Virus record (IMG/VR): IMGVR_UViG_3300029448_000003
Location: 46,915-110,914 of that record
Origin: a virus
Reading direction: 5' to 3' (one strand)
Length of the DNA: 64,000 nucleotides
The notes under the pieces are model-generated. The model was not told the origin of the DNA, ran no database searches, and worked only from the letters and a program-made list of their open reading frames with translations. The position numbers and the translations under genes are program-made. Shown in pieces: positions 47,425 to 57,838 of the stretch (its first letter is position 1; every line of letters starts with the position of its first letter).

Positions 47425-47820
47425 TTATCTAGTATCGCCACTACCACCTAACACTCCTCGTGACTTTCTAGATTGTAATTTATCTAAATTGTTTTCCATA
47501 ATCTGCCCAAGATTAACTTGAAAATAATCAGATAACATAGCACAATACCAAAGTACATCACCTATCTCACTAGCTATGTCATTACTAAAGTGCATATAGT
47601 CAGCTTGTTGCGTTCCTGCAACTTTATTATCCCTTATTATTTTTTTTACCTTGTTAGCGACTTCACCTGCTTCACCTACCAACCCTAAAGAAAGATACTC
47701 TAGGGCTGTGTTAGCAGGAAATATTGCAGTTGTTTTTGCCTTCTCTTGATATTCAGTTGCTGTTATCATACTTTTATTTTTAGTGTCCATGAATTTCTTT
47801 ACCTCTTCTTCTAGTTTCAT
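47425..47820 (-). CDS. mazG: MazG-like nucleotide pyrophosphohydrolase
   Basis: LGLVGEAGEVANKVKK...EIGDVLWY...N..KL..R..RG...GSGD.R. Confidence 0.9.
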   Translation of the reverse strand: MKLEEEVKKFMDTKNKSMITATEYQEKAKTTAIFPANTALEYLSLGLVGEAGEVANKVKKIIRDNKVAGTQQADYMHFSNDIASEIGDVLWYCAMLSDYFQVNLGQIMENNLDKLQSRKSRGVLGGSGDTR

Positions 47821-48028
47821 AATATTTTATCCTTTTTACATTTTCAAAATAGGCAGAGTTAAAACCTCTTTGCCATTCACGATGTTGCATAGTGTTAGGG
47901 TGAAAGGGGGATTTTAAATATCCCCTCTTAAAACTATTGTATCCTTTATTATATTGTATAATAAGGGGTGCATCATATTTTTTAAGACTATTCTTTCTTT
48001 TCACTTGTAACCTCTTTCTGATTGTCAT
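47780..48028 (-). CDS. ribosome modulation factor (Rmf)-like protein
   Basis: YNKGYNSF..G....PF......REWQRGF pattern; start MTIRK at 48028. Confidence 0.55.
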   Translation of the reverse strand: MTIRKRLQVKRKNSLKKYDAPLIIQYNKGYNSFKRGYLKSPFHPNTMQHREWQRGFNSAYFENVKRIKYYETRRRGKEIHGH

Positions 48029-48239
48029 TGTTTTCTTTTCGCTCAAAAAATTTAACAAGTACTTCAACTTTATCATTATAGTCTGCAATCTTACCAAGTT
48101 CTTCTTCTATAGAAGCCTGAATATCTTGATGCTCTCCTATACCTGTAGGATTAGTTAATAAAACTTCTACGTTTGATATATGTTTGTTAATTAAGCCAAT
48201 ATAGTAAGCTTTTGCTCCTCGTAATAGTATTTCTCTCAA
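47988..48239 (-). CDS. conserved hypothetical phage protein
   Basis: NVEVLL.NP.GIGEH.DI...IE.EL. Confidence 0.7.
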   Translation of the reverse strand: MREILLRGAKAYYIGLINKHISNVEVLLTNPTGIGEHQDIQASIEEELGKIADYNDKVEVLVKFFERKENNDNQKEVTSEKKE

Positions 48240-48331
48240 TTTTCTTCTCCTTTCAAAAATTTATCTTTATATAAAGACCGTCAGAGGGGTAGAACTACCT
48301 GCTCGTATGCAATACTACCCCAAAATATACT

Positions 48332-50245
48332 CTATAAGTCTACAACCTCGCAAACCCCTGCAGAACAAGCAAGCTCTTTATTGCCCTTAGTTGTGTCCTC
48401 TTTTTCGTACTTTGACAGATTTTCCCATCTAATTTGTGGAATCTTCTCAAATTCGTTATATGCTTTTTGAGAAATCTCCTGATAGGGTGCTTGAGCATAG
48501 GTATGTTCACTATGGGGAAGAAAACTGATGCCTGAAATATCATCAAATTTATCATACACCCATGCTCCTACCTTCATCCACTCTTCTTCACGAACAGTAA
48601 CTGTGATAGAAGGTTTGTGTTCACACCAATGCTCTTGATATTTAAGCCATAATTCTAATTGTTCTATGGCTGTCATATCATTCCTTGTAACAGCATTTTT
48701 AGGACTCTCCATTGGAAAGCTAAAAACTGTTGTATCGTTTGGTTTTGTAATATCAGGTTCATTTGGAACACCTTCATCTTTCATTAATTGTGTTAGTGGG
48801 TCTTTGTTATCAGCACGAACAGTACGAATATAATACTTGCTATGTCGAGGGTGAATACCACTCGCACTATCCACAAGTTGTGAAACTGTTCCACTAGGTT
48901 TAACACAAGTAATGGCAGTTGATTGGTTAATCCCAAACTTCTCTGACCATATTTTATTTGTTTCAATAGCATGCTCCTTTAATTCTGTTAATAGTTTTTC
49001 TATATCACCTTTAGAACCATTTGTCAAGCTATTATCCATAATACCTGTAAGAGAAACACCTAATAGACTTTCTTCTTTTGTATTATGTTGCCATATCTTA
49101 CGTAAGTATTTAAAATCCGTAAGTGTAGCTTGATAAGTTCCTAGAATAGTAGCTATCTCTACTTTACTTTTTAAAGTATTTAAAGTGTCATTACTACGTA
49201 CTACAACTTCTGTTAAGTTACAGAATTGATAAGGTCTAAGAATAATTTCGCTACAAGGGTTACAGCCAAAAGAATGATTAGTATCTCGTCTACCATTTTT
49301 ACCTGCTTGTTTTATAGCAGACTTACGATTAAAGATACCACGTTCTCCTGACTTACTTTCTACTAAGGATAACCATTCACGCATAAATGTTTCCATTTCA
49401 GGTTTATTATAGTAGGCTACACTATTGTTAGACAAAGCTCTATGTCCTTCTGTTTCCCACCAATTACCTGACTTTGCGTGTCGCATTTGGTCATCGCTTA
49501 GATTTGAAAGGCTGATGAGAGCAGATCGCCTTACCCCACCAACGACTACTACTTCACCAACCTTACACATTATGTCGTGACATTCTATAGGGTAGAGTTT
49601 TCTACCTGCTGCATTTTTAAATGTCGCAACACAAAACCGATATAAATCTAATAATGGTGCAGGTCCAGATGCCCTTCCACCAAATGTTTTTAATTTAGCA
49701 CCTGCAGGTCTAACACCTTCTGTGTCTAGCTCTGGAATTTGACCTACATATAGCATAGCTATAAGCTCACGTAATGCTTTTGCCCAACCTGATCTAGAAT
49801 CACCTACACGTATAAGAGTTGTGCTATCTTCAAAGTGTTCATTTACAACAGGAAGTTTATCAACGAACTCTCTTTCAACTGAAAAGCCTACACCTGTTCC
49901 ACACATAAGAATGTACATAGCTTCATCAAAAGCACGAGGACTATCTACAGGAAGGTACGAGCAATTGTAACCTGCTACATTACAAACATCTAATGCTTTA
50001 CCTGAAGTCATTAGAGCTCTCATAGATGGCATTACATCTAAATTAACAATAGCATTTTGCAACCTATCTCTTAATTCATAAAAAACAACTTCATCAAATT
50101 TAATAGAGTTATGCTGTTTAGTCAAATGGTTTTCCATGTAATTTAAATACCTGTCAACTGTTTCTTCCCATGTTTCCCTTCTATTTTCGTTGTCAAGCCA
50201 ACGTGCATAACGTGACGTAGCTATAAAATTTTGGTAGTTATTCAT
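48332..50245 (-). CDS. nrdJ: class II (B12-dependent, monomeric-type) ribonucleotide reductase
   Basis: YNCS, GTGVGFS, GGVRRSA, NPCSEI, TCVKPSGT, WCEHKPS, C-terminal CSAGVC; no beta subunit gene. Confidence 0.9.
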   Translation of the reverse strand: MNNYQNFIATSRYARWLDNENRRETWEETVDRYLNYMENHLTKQHNSIKFDEVVFYELRDRLQNAIVNLDVMPSMRALMTSGKALDVCNVAGYNCSYLPVDSPRAFDEAMYILMCGTGVGFSVEREFVDKLPVVNEHFEDSTTLIRVGDSRSGWAKALRELIAMLYVGQIPELDTEGVRPAGAKLKTFGGRASGPAPLLDLYRFCVATFKNAAGRKLYPIECHDIMCKVGEVVVVGGVRRSALISLSNLSDDQMRHAKSGNWWETEGHRALSNNSVAYYNKPEMETFMREWLSLVESKSGERGIFNRKSAIKQAGKNGRRDTNHSFGCNPCSEIILRPYQFCNLTEVVVRSNDTLNTLKSKVEIATILGTYQATLTDFKYLRKIWQHNTKEESLLGVSLTGIMDNSLTNGSKGDIEKLLTELKEHAIETNKIWSEKFGINQSTAITCVKPSGTVSQLVDSASGIHPRHSKYYIRTVRADNKDPLTQLMKDEGVPNEPDITKPNDTTVFSFPMESPKNAVTRNDMTAIEQLELWLKYQEHWCEHKPSITVTVREEEWMKVGAWVYDKFDDISGISFLPHSEHTYAQAPYQEISQKAYNEFEKIPQIRWENLSKYEKEDTTKGNKELACSAGVCEVVDL

Positions 50246-50426
50246 TATGTTCTATCCTTTCTTGTTGTGTTACTTTAAGTGTCTTTATTGTAATACCTTC
50301 AATCTCGTGAAAGTACTCTCGTACAGCATCTTCTAATTCTTCTATTATAATTCCATCAGAAGGCATGGTATATTCTTCCGGGTCAACGGAAATGCCTATA
50401 AAAATTTTAGCTTTTATTTGTGTCAT
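50238..50426 (-). CDS. hypothetical protein
   Basis: 62 aa in operon. Confidence 0.65.
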   Translation of the reverse strand: MTQIKAKIFIGISVDPEEYTMPSDGIIIEELEDAVREYFHEIEGITIKTLKVTQQERIEHNE

Positions 50427-50718
50427 TCCTAATCTCTATTAACTTATCTAAATACCAACGTGCTTTTTTTAAATCCTGTATACCTTCTTTATATCTGTAT
50501 CTCCATATGTATTTCATTATATTTCCTTGAAGGTAATATTCAAAACCTGTGTCTGTTACAGCTTCAATAGCATCAATACACTCAATACCTTTTTGGTTAT
50601 AATGTGGTGGATGATTTACCATATCAGATTCTTCTGATGTAAACTCGTCACTAAACGTATAGCCTTCACCATAACCTCTTTCAAAATCTATTTTTTCTTT
50701 CATTGTTGGTTCACTCAT
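50407..50718 (-). CDS. DUF3310 / T7 gp1.7-like nucleotide kinase domain protein
   Basis: DMVNHPPHY...IECIDAI...GNIMKYIWRY..K....DLKKARWYL. Confidence 0.85.
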   Translation of the reverse strand: MSEPTMKEKIDFERGYGEGYTFSDEFTSEESDMVNHPPHYNQKGIECIDAIEAVTDTGFEYYLQGNIMKYIWRYRYKEGIQDLKKARWYLDKLIEIRNDTNKS

Positions 50719-51071
50719 TATGCATTTCCTTTCGTTTTTGTTAAAAGACCAAGTTGTATGACATTACCATCTTTACCTACAACGGTCAACCCTTCTTTTG
50801 ATTTTTTTTCCTTATCATAATCTTCCATATAATTTCTTGCAAAATCATCTAAATCTTCCATTAAATCTTTATCTATTTCCATCATTGGAATAACACTTGT
50901 CATCATACGACACAGATGCCATATCTCCATTTTTTCTTTTTCGTTTAAAGTGTTTTGTTCTGAAAAAACTATGTTTATAGCAATCTGCCCTGTCCAACTA
51001 CCTTTTTTAATTTCAGGTCTTATCTGTATAAAAAAATCATTTAAACTTCTTTTTGTCATATCCGTTTTCAT
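50718..51071 (-). CDS. hypothetical protein
   Basis: 117 aa in operon. Confidence 0.7.
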   Translation of the reverse strand: MKTDMTKRSLNDFFIQIRPEIKKGSWTGQIAINIVFSEQNTLNEKEKMEIWHLCRMMTSVIPMMEIDKDLMEDLDDFARNYMEDYDKEKKSKEGLTVVGKDGNVIQLGLLTKTKGNA

Positions 51072-51520
51072 TTCTTTTTCCTTCCCTTAAACAGTATGAA
51101 AGCATCAGGCAAATTTATTTTCTTCTTTTCCTTTAGCCAATCCTCTGGAATTATTCTATCATAATATCTAAAACCATACTTGATGCACCACTCTGCATAA
51201 GAAGACTTTGCTCCCTTTCTTAATTTAGCCTTACTATTTGTAAAAACAAAACGTATATCTAATTTAGGATGTTGTTTCTTTATGCACAAATGCTTTCTTC
51301 TATCTGAAGCTATGAAACGACCTTTTGTTTCTATTATAATACCATTCTGTAATACAAAATCAGGAGTATAGGTGCGATAAGCAAGGTCTTCCCACTCTAT
51401 CTTTACCTTTTCATACTTAAATTTTATTTTGTGTTCAACAAGATAATTGGCAATACTATCTTCCAAACCACTCCTATACCCATTTTTACGTGCTATTTGG
51501 GAAGCACTATAAGCTGACAT
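51068..51520 (-). CDS. T7 endonuclease I-like Holliday junction resolvase
   Basis: YRSGLE, YTPDF.L.NGIIIETKG.F, DIRFVF. Confidence 0.92.
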   Translation of the reverse strand: MSAYSASQIARKNGYRSGLEDSIANYLVEHKIKFKYEKVKIEWEDLAYRTYTPDFVLQNGIIIETKGRFIASDRRKHLCIKKQHPKLDIRFVFTNSKAKLRKGAKSSYAEWCIKYGFRYYDRIIPEDWLKEKKKINLPDAFILFKGRKKK

Positions 51521-51522
51521 TT

Positions 51523-52380
51523 TTATGCTTCCTGTTTTAGTTCTACGTATGCTGTCATTCTAGGTTCTCTAGCCTTAGACATAACAGCAGGTTTTTCTGT
51601 TAACGTAGACCAACACGTATACCGAAAATCACAGAAAGTACAATTCTTATTTAAAATAGTATTTCCTGTAGGTTTTCCCCTAAACGTTTCTTGTTCAGGT
51701 TCAAAACATCTTTCAAACTTATTTTTCTTTAGACGTTTTGCTACATCTTTTAACTTAGTAACTTCTTTTTCTATGTCAAGGTCTTCAGCAGAAATATATT
51801 TAAAGTCTGCATTATTTTTATTTATAACCCACCAACCACCTGCTTTTGTGTTGGAAGCTTTTGCATAACCTGCTAGTTGACCTACATAACCAAAAGGGTC
51901 ACTTTCTTTTACTGTATCAAAAGATTGAAACTTATTTGTATAAGACCACGAGGAAGCTGACTTAATATCTGCAACATGACCATCAGAAACTAAATCATAT
52001 GTGCCTTTAATTTTATCCTTGCCTAAAGATAACACTACTTCCTCACTATCTTCGTACTCTACTTTCGCTTCTTTTAATATACCTTTGAATATAGCTTCGA
52101 CAATATCACCAAACATCATGGTCATTATAAATTTTGTTGGTGGCTTCATCTTTTTTTCAGGTTTATTTTTTTCAAACCAAAGTTGGCAATAAGGTCTACC
52201 TATATTAGACATTCTTAATCTAAAAGGTTCTTTACCTTTTTTCTTATTAAATTGATTTTTTAAAGAAGTACGTATGTGTGACACAACCATTTCGATTGTG
52301 TCATCACTCATATTTGCATCGCCACTAATAACTTTACCTAGATAGCTATGTATTTGTAGTTCTGCTCTAGAAGAAACCAT
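51523..52380 (-). CDS. PD-(D/E)XK exonuclease
   Basis: LRMSNIGRP.CQLW, G.YD...DIKS, GY..QL..Y, C.FC....C. Confidence 0.8.
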   Translation of the reverse strand: MVSSRAELQIHSYLGKVISGDANMSDDTIEMVVSHIRTSLKNQFNKKKGKEPFRLRMSNIGRPYCQLWFEKNKPEKKMKPPTKFIMTMMFGDIVEAIFKGILKEAKVEYEDSEEVVLSLGKDKIKGTYDLVSDGHVADIKSASSWSYTNKFQSFDTVKESDPFGYVGQLAGYAKASNTKAGGWWVINKNNADFKYISAEDLDIEKEVTKLKDVAKRLKKNKFERCFEPEQETFRGKPTGNTILNKNCTFCDFRYTCWSTLTEKPAVMSKAREPRMTAYVELKQEA

Positions 52381-53273
52381 TAATCTACACTCACAAATTG
52401 TTCAACAAGCTGTGCATCTTCACCATTAATTTCTTGATCTGCTTCTTCAGCTTTCTTTGAAAATTCATTGAATACCCATACATTATAGTTTTTGATCCAT
52501 TGCATAAAATCATCAAATAATGCATGGTCAGAATCTTCTATTTCTACTGTGTCTTTTACTAAGTCTACAGTAGGTAGATAAAAAGAGCTACCATTATTAA
52601 GTTTACGTTCTACTGTTTCTAATTTTATATTGTGCTGTATAGGAAGATGTTTCCAACTACCTACCTTAGAAATAGGTTCACCCATAATCTTAAAAGCATC
52701 CCTGTTATCTATTTCCCATATAAACGGAACGTCTTTAGGATAATCTTTAACAGCATCACCATTACTATCTACAGGAGAATCTAGGTTTAACATACCAAAA
52801 ATAGTACGTACTCTCTTTATACCTTTGATTTTCTGTTTCATAGGTTCAGGTAAAGCATCAAAGTCTTTTATATACCCTGCAGGTTTGCCACAATTAAATC
52901 CACCCATAGTATCTTTTAGGTCTAGGTTTAGATTTTCTGACATCACCGTTTTTATGTAATATCCATTCTCGTGTTCAGGTTTTACATATTTCTTATACAT
53001 AAAACGTTGTACAAAAGGGCGAATGGATACCTTATCGGCATAGTACACTTTCTCTGCTGCCAAATCATCAAACTTATAAACACCACCACTAACTAAAGCG
53101 GCCTGTGTTTTTTTGCCCTTTACTTCAACCTCTCCCATAATAGGAGAGTGTTGTATTTTTAGTCTACCTAAAGTAGACGATTGCTTTTTTTCTCCAACAT
53201 CTGCACCCATGCCCATAAGTTTAGACATGTTTTCATAGTTATTGGTATCTATTCTGCTTATTTCTGTATTCAT
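52380..53273 (-). CDS. putative single-stranded DNA-binding protein
   Basis: Between polymerase and exonuclease, acidic C-terminus, own promoter. Confidence 0.6.
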   Translation of the reverse strand: MNTEISRIDTNNYENMSKLMGMGADVGEKKQSSTLGRLKIQHSPIMGEVEVKGKKTQAALVSGGVYKFDDLAAEKVYYADKVSIRPFVQRFMYKKYVKPEHENGYYIKTVMSENLNLDLKDTMGGFNCGKPAGYIKDFDALPEPMKQKIKGIKRVRTIFGMLNLDSPVDSNGDAVKDYPKDVPFIWEIDNRDAFKIMGEPISKVGSWKHLPIQHNIKLETVERKLNNGSSFYLPTVDLVKDTVEIEDSDHALFDDFMQWIKNYNVWVFNEFSKKAEEADQEINGEDAQLVEQFVSVD

Positions 53274-53303
53274 GTTTTTTAAACTCCTTTCAAAAGTTTT
53301 ACA

Positions 53304-53332
53304 GTTATATCACACAACATCTTTTGTGTCAA
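53304..53332 (-). promoter_or_regulatory. sigma70-type promoter for SSB-like gene
   Basis: TTGACA-17bp-TATAAC with extended TG, overlapping end of polymerase gene. Confidence 0.75.
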
Positions 53333-55355
53333 GCCAATTATCACCAATCTTTGCTTCAAGTAATAATGGCACATTAAAACACATATTGAATTGATTGTCA
53401 ACTAAATTCTTTAAATTTTTATTTATTTCTTTAATTATATTTAAAATATCTTGTATTTCATCAGGATGAACATCAATTACGATACTGTCGTGTACAGTAT
53501 TTACAATGCATGATTCTAATTTATTTAATCTCTTTTCAATATCTAACAGCACTATAGGAACGATATCAGCAGTAGCAAAACTCTGAACAGGAAAGTTCTT
53601 TATCTGTGTAAAGTAACTAACTGTTCCATTTCGTTTACGTTCTACATGAGGAAATGAAAATTCTCTACCTGATGGTGTCTTTATCTTGCCTGTATCTAAA
53701 GCTTCTTTAGCCAATCTGGCATGCCAAAGTGCGATTCCTTTGTACTTTTTCGTGAACTGTTCATAATATTTCGCTTCAGCAGGTGTTTTCCCAAACCCTG
53801 TCGCTCCATAGAGGGGTGCAAAGGTATGGGCTTTCCCTTCCTGCCTATTAATCTTCTGACCTGCATCGGAAATAACCTTCGCAGTATACGTGTGAACATC
53901 AAAACCATTTTCTATCTCCTTCATTGCTATTTTATCCTGTGACAAAAATGCAGCAGTACGAAACTCTAATTGAGCAAAGTCTGCTTCCAATATCTTGCCA
54001 CCTTTCCAACGTGAAACAAACACTTTCTTTACAGGAAATGTGCCACCTCTAGGCATATTCTGCATATTAGGGTCTGCTCCACTAAACCTACCTGTCGCTG
54101 TTCTATGCTGTAACAGTTTAACATGTAGTCTATTATCAGGCTTTATATGTGCCTGTATGCCATCAACAAAAGAAGATAAGTAAGTGTCTAAAGCAGATAG
54201 TCTTATAACTCTACTTAAAAATTCTTCTGCTTGTTTTAATCCTTTCTGCCTAGAAACTTTGAGTAGATAATCTAGGTTTGTTTTACTTGTACTCCAACCA
54301 TGTGCTGTAACCCATTTAGCATTAGGAGTAGAAAACTTTAAACCTGCAACTTCTTTTGTAGGTATAAATAAATAACCTTGCTCGTTACACTCTACACATT
54401 TAGATTCTTTTGCAAAAGGTTTTCCATCTTTCTTTGTTTTACGTATACGACCTTTACCATGACAAACACTACATTGTTTTGCCTTAGTCTTACGAACAAT
54501 ATATGAATGGTCTTCTATCTTTTGTTTGTACAAACCTGTAGGCATGTAAGGAGAAAAGGTAACAGCCCATTCTGTTTTATTTTTAGGAATACGACTATAG
54601 ATTACAGAGGATAACTGTTCAGGACTATTTAAATTAATAGGTGTATGACCCATCAATTCTTGTACCTTTTCTTTTAGATACGTTTCTATCTCTAACTTTT
54701 CCTCTGTAAACTCTTCTCGTACTTTATCTAACGCAAAGCTGTCAACAGTAAACCCATTATGATATATATTAGCCAAAGTTCTTGAAACAGTATTAGTAAG
54801 ATTAACTGTGTCAGTAAGTCCATTATATTCATCGGTAGAAAGTTTATTAGTAATCTCATTGTATAACTCCTGTGTTGCATGTAAGTCTGCTGACAGGTAA
54901 CTTTTTAATTCGTCTGCAGGTATCTCGTCAACATTATAACCCTTCTTAAAATATTCTTTGAGAGTGTCTTGTTTCTTCGTATTTAAATCATATCTTTCAG
55001 CACAAGCTTCTAGTGATAGAGGTTTCTTCTGTCCTCTCTGTAATACATATTCACCTAACATAGTATCAAAAACATCTTTATCATAAGTAAAACCTGTTTC
55101 CCATATCCAAAGTAAATCGTGTACAATGTTATGACCTATTAAAACTGTTGCCTTATCTAACAGGTCTTGTATCTTTTGTTTTGTTCCAACACAGGCTGTA
55201 CCAAAAACATATTCATCAAACCTGTACAGATACTCTTCACCCTTGTCTGTTAGACAACCAACCATAACTAATTTATTGTCAGGTTCAAATGGGTCATAGT
55301 AAGTCTTATCATTTTTCTTTGTAACTGTGTGTTCTACATCAAGTACTAGTTTCAT
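53310..55355 (-). CDS. polA: DNA polymerase family A with DnaJ-like Zn finger insertion
   Basis: Exo LDVE / GHN..D; CSVCHGKG...CVECNEQG; TGRFS, ADFAQLE, KAHTFAPLYG, VHDS. Confidence 0.95.
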   Translation of the reverse strand: MKLVLDVEHTVTKKNDKTYYDPFEPDNKLVMVGCLTDKGEEYLYRFDEYVFGTACVGTKQKIQDLLDKATVLIGHNIVHDLLWIWETGFTYDKDVFDTMLGEYVLQRGQKKPLSLEACAERYDLNTKKQDTLKEYFKKGYNVDEIPADELKSYLSADLHATQELYNEITNKLSTDEYNGLTDTVNLTNTVSRTLANIYHNGFTVDSFALDKVREEFTEEKLEIETYLKEKVQELMGHTPINLNSPEQLSSVIYSRIPKNKTEWAVTFSPYMPTGLYKQKIEDHSYIVRKTKAKQCSVCHGKGRIRKTKKDGKPFAKESKCVECNEQGYLFIPTKEVAGLKFSTPNAKWVTAHGWSTSKTNLDYLLKVSRQKGLKQAEEFLSRVIRLSALDTYLSSFVDGIQAHIKPDNRLHVKLLQHRTATGRFSGADPNMQNMPRGGTFPVKKVFVSRWKGGKILEADFAQLEFRTAAFLSQDKIAMKEIENGFDVHTYTAKVISDAGQKINRQEGKAHTFAPLYGATGFGKTPAEAKYYEQFTKKYKGIALWHARLAKEALDTGKIKTPSGREFSFPHVERKRNGTVSYFTQIKNFPVQSFATADIVPIVLLDIEKRLNKLESCIVNTVHDSIVIDVHPDEIQDILNIIKEINKNLKNLVDNQFNMCFNVPLLLEAKIGDNWLDTKDVV

Positions 55356-55875
55356 CTTCTTCTTCCTTTACTCTATCTAAAATCTCTGTTGCTAATACGA
55401 TAGGCATGTTAAACCATTCGCCATTACGTTCTTTTGCTACTTCTTCTGCTAGAGATAATGCCCTAGCTTCTGCTTTTCTTCTATCTTTAACAGGAACATA
55501 GTATTCTAATTCGTAATCCCTTAGAGGGCTAGATGTCTGATAGCTTTTGCACCTATCCATAGGATCAACTGCTCTACCTATCTTTATCCATTCCATCCAT
55601 GCAGGATTAGTTATAACATAGAGTGACCCTTGCTTGTGTTGGTCATATAGTAATGTTACTACCTTACCTAGCTTTGATAAATCAGGTATCTTATGTTTAA
55701 TCTTATTTATATTACCACCTGTCTTTAAATAACCTTTTAATGTTCTATACTCTCTTTTGTAGTATATTAAACCATCTTCATTCATGTGATGATTTAAACC
55801 TACTTCTCTCCATGTATATCCATCAAAACGTTTTCCATCTTCTCTTATATCACCTTTAATTGGTTTTTCATTCAT
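55339..55875 (-). CDS. GIY-YIG (T5orf172-like) nuclease domain protein
   Basis: G.LYVITNPAW..WIKIG.A...R...YQTSSP...GEWF. Confidence 0.75.
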   Translation of the reverse strand: MNEKPIKGDIREDGKRFDGYTWREVGLNHHMNEDGLIYYKREYRTLKGYLKTGGNINKIKHKIPDLSKLGKVVTLLYDQHKQGSLYVITNPAWMEWIKIGRAVDPMDRCKSYQTSSPLRDYELEYYVPVKDRRKAEARALSLAEEVAKERNGEWFNMPIVLATEILDRVKEEEDETST

Positions 55876-57095
55876 GCTGTGTACCTCGCTATTTCATAAT
55901 CAAGTTCACAAATAACATTTCCATGCCATCCTGTCAACTTATTTTTTACAATGTTTAAATGTCTTTGAGGGTCTTCTTCACTCTGACCTTCTACACTAGG
56001 GTTTTTTGCTATCAAAATCATTAAATCGGCTTCTGCCGCCTTACCTGTACGACTACCTTCCATCATAGTTTGATTTAAGATTACCTTACCTTCTGCTTCT
56101 GCACTTAACTGTGACATATAAAACACAGCACAATCATACTGCTTTGCTATCTGTCTTGAGTGAGCAGCACAAGCTTTTAAGGCTTCGTCAGGTCTTGCAT
56201 ACCCACTATAGGTAGCAAACTTATCACCCATATCTAATAAAACTATATCAGGTTTGGATGTCTTTACCATTGATTCGACCCAATTCATATCATTCATAGA
56301 CGAATCTTTTATATAAATGTTCTTTCGTAATCGTTCATATCGTTGATTTGCTTTAGCAGGATTAGATTTAATCTCACGAAACTTCATACCTGTTCCTGCT
56401 GTTAAATACCTTGCTCCAACTCTATGATAAGCTTCTTCATTACAAAGTATAACACATTTAGCACCTTGATCTACAAAACCACCTTCACCTGCCACTAAAC
56501 TTGCATGGAAAGATGTTTTGCCTGTGTTAGGTCTTGCTCCAACTTCAATTAGATGCCCTGCGTTTACACCACCTACTTTTCTTGCTAATGATGGTATATT
56601 GAATGTCCATCTTGCTTCAAGGTCATTCTTAGCCAACAAAGTTTCTAGACTAATATCATCCCATTCTATTTCTAGATTAGGTGTAAAATCATCTGTATAT
56701 TGGTCTATAAGATGTCGTAATGGTTCTAGACTTGTTTTTGTTCCATTTACGTAATCAAAACCTAGATTGGCTATCTCTTCACCTATAACCTGTTGAAAAA
56801 GTTTAGCTAATACTTCTCCTGCTACATCTTTTCCCATAGGTGTTTCTTTCTTTATCTGTGTAAACAAAGATGAGTAGGCTGTTTTTTGAGCCGTTGTAAG
56901 TGTTGGATTACCTGATATAAACAAAGCTTCAATTTCAGTAGGTGTTACACTCCTACCATATTTAACCATCGCTTTATCAAGAGCTTCCTTTATCTTACGA
57001 ACATCTTTGCTAAACAGTTTATTAGGACACTTGACACCTCTATGAGAATCATAAAAGTCTTTGTCCATTAAGTTTCTTAGTAGTGTTAATTCCAT
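55872..57095 (-). CDS. DnaB-like replicative helicase
   Basis: GARPNTGKT Walker A, IVLLD, SQLS, IVKNK. Confidence 0.9.
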   Translation of the reverse strand: MELTLLRNLMDKDFYDSHRGVKCPNKLFSKDVRKIKEALDKAMVKYGRSVTPTEIEALFISGNPTLTTAQKTAYSSLFTQIKKETPMGKDVAGEVLAKLFQQVIGEEIANLGFDYVNGTKTSLEPLRHLIDQYTDDFTPNLEIEWDDISLETLLAKNDLEARWTFNIPSLARKVGGVNAGHLIEVGARPNTGKTSFHASLVAGEGGFVDQGAKCVILCNEEAYHRVGARYLTAGTGMKFREIKSNPAKANQRYERLRKNIYIKDSSMNDMNWVESMVKTSKPDIVLLDMGDKFATYSGYARPDEALKACAAHSRQIAKQYDCAVFYMSQLSAEAEGKVILNQTMMEGSRTGKAAEADLMILIAKNPSVEGQSEEDPQRHLNIVKNKLTGWHGNVICELDYEIARYTA

Positions 57096-57805
57096 ACCAA
57101 CTCCTGTAAATTTTTAATATCAATGTCTTTAGCATACTTTAAATCGTCTGTCAACTTTAAAACTTTTACCTCTATAACCCAACCCTTTAATTCTTTGGCT
57201 ACCTGTAGTGTTTTTGGTAGAGCATCAGGGTCTAACGCAACTATTACTCTACTAAAATTTTCTGACAGAAACTGTTTATGCTCTTCAAGTAAACTTGTTC
57301 CTAGAATTGCTACCCCTGTTACTCCAAGTTTAGTAACATAATAGGCACTAAAACAATCCTCTACTAGCACACAAGTATTTTCCAATGCTGACCAAGCTAC
57401 ATAAGGCATTTTACTTTTGCCATACCTTTTCCATTTTGGTAATCTTTTTCCTGCTGATCTACCTACAGCATCTACAATCTTATCACCTTTCTTTATTAAA
57501 AAAACTATACGATTTTCCTTGACATCGTGATGATGCAATCCATTTGGAACAATGTATTCAGGCAATTCAAATGTATCATCTGTAGTATCTTCTTCTCTGT
57601 AGCTTTTAATTTGGTCTACTGTCAAATTAATTTTTTTATTACCACCAACATAACAACTTGCTTTATAACAATTCCATAATAACTTACCCATTGTATTTGT
57701 GATAGTAAATGTCTTTTTGCCTTTGCACGTAGGACAATCTATTCTTTTTGTTTCTCCTATAGATAATGCATCAGCTATGTGTTCTATATATTTATATGCA
57801 TCCAT
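57086..57805 (-). CDS. DNA primase (Zn ribbon plus TOPRIM)
   Basis: CPTC...NCYKASC, LVED..SA, AILGT, ALDPDA, DDLK. Confidence 0.88.
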   Translation of the reverse strand: MDAYKYIEHIADALSIGETKRIDCPTCKGKKTFTITNTMGKLLWNCYKASCYVGGNKKINLTVDQIKSYREEDTTDDTFELPEYIVPNGLHHHDVKENRIVFLIKKGDKIVDAVGRSAGKRLPKWKRYGKSKMPYVAWSALENTCVLVEDCFSAYYVTKLGVTGVAILGTSLLEEHKQFLSENFSRVIVALDPDALPKTLQVAKELKGWVIEVKVLKLTDDLKYAKDIDIKNLQELVWN

Positions 57806-57838
57806 TATATGTATCCTTTCCCTGTCGGCAGTTAAATG

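Noticed and set aside
51523-52380. Cas4-like nuclease as sign of CRISPR
   Set aside because: No repeat-spacer array or other cas genes; ordinary phage exonuclease in the replication module
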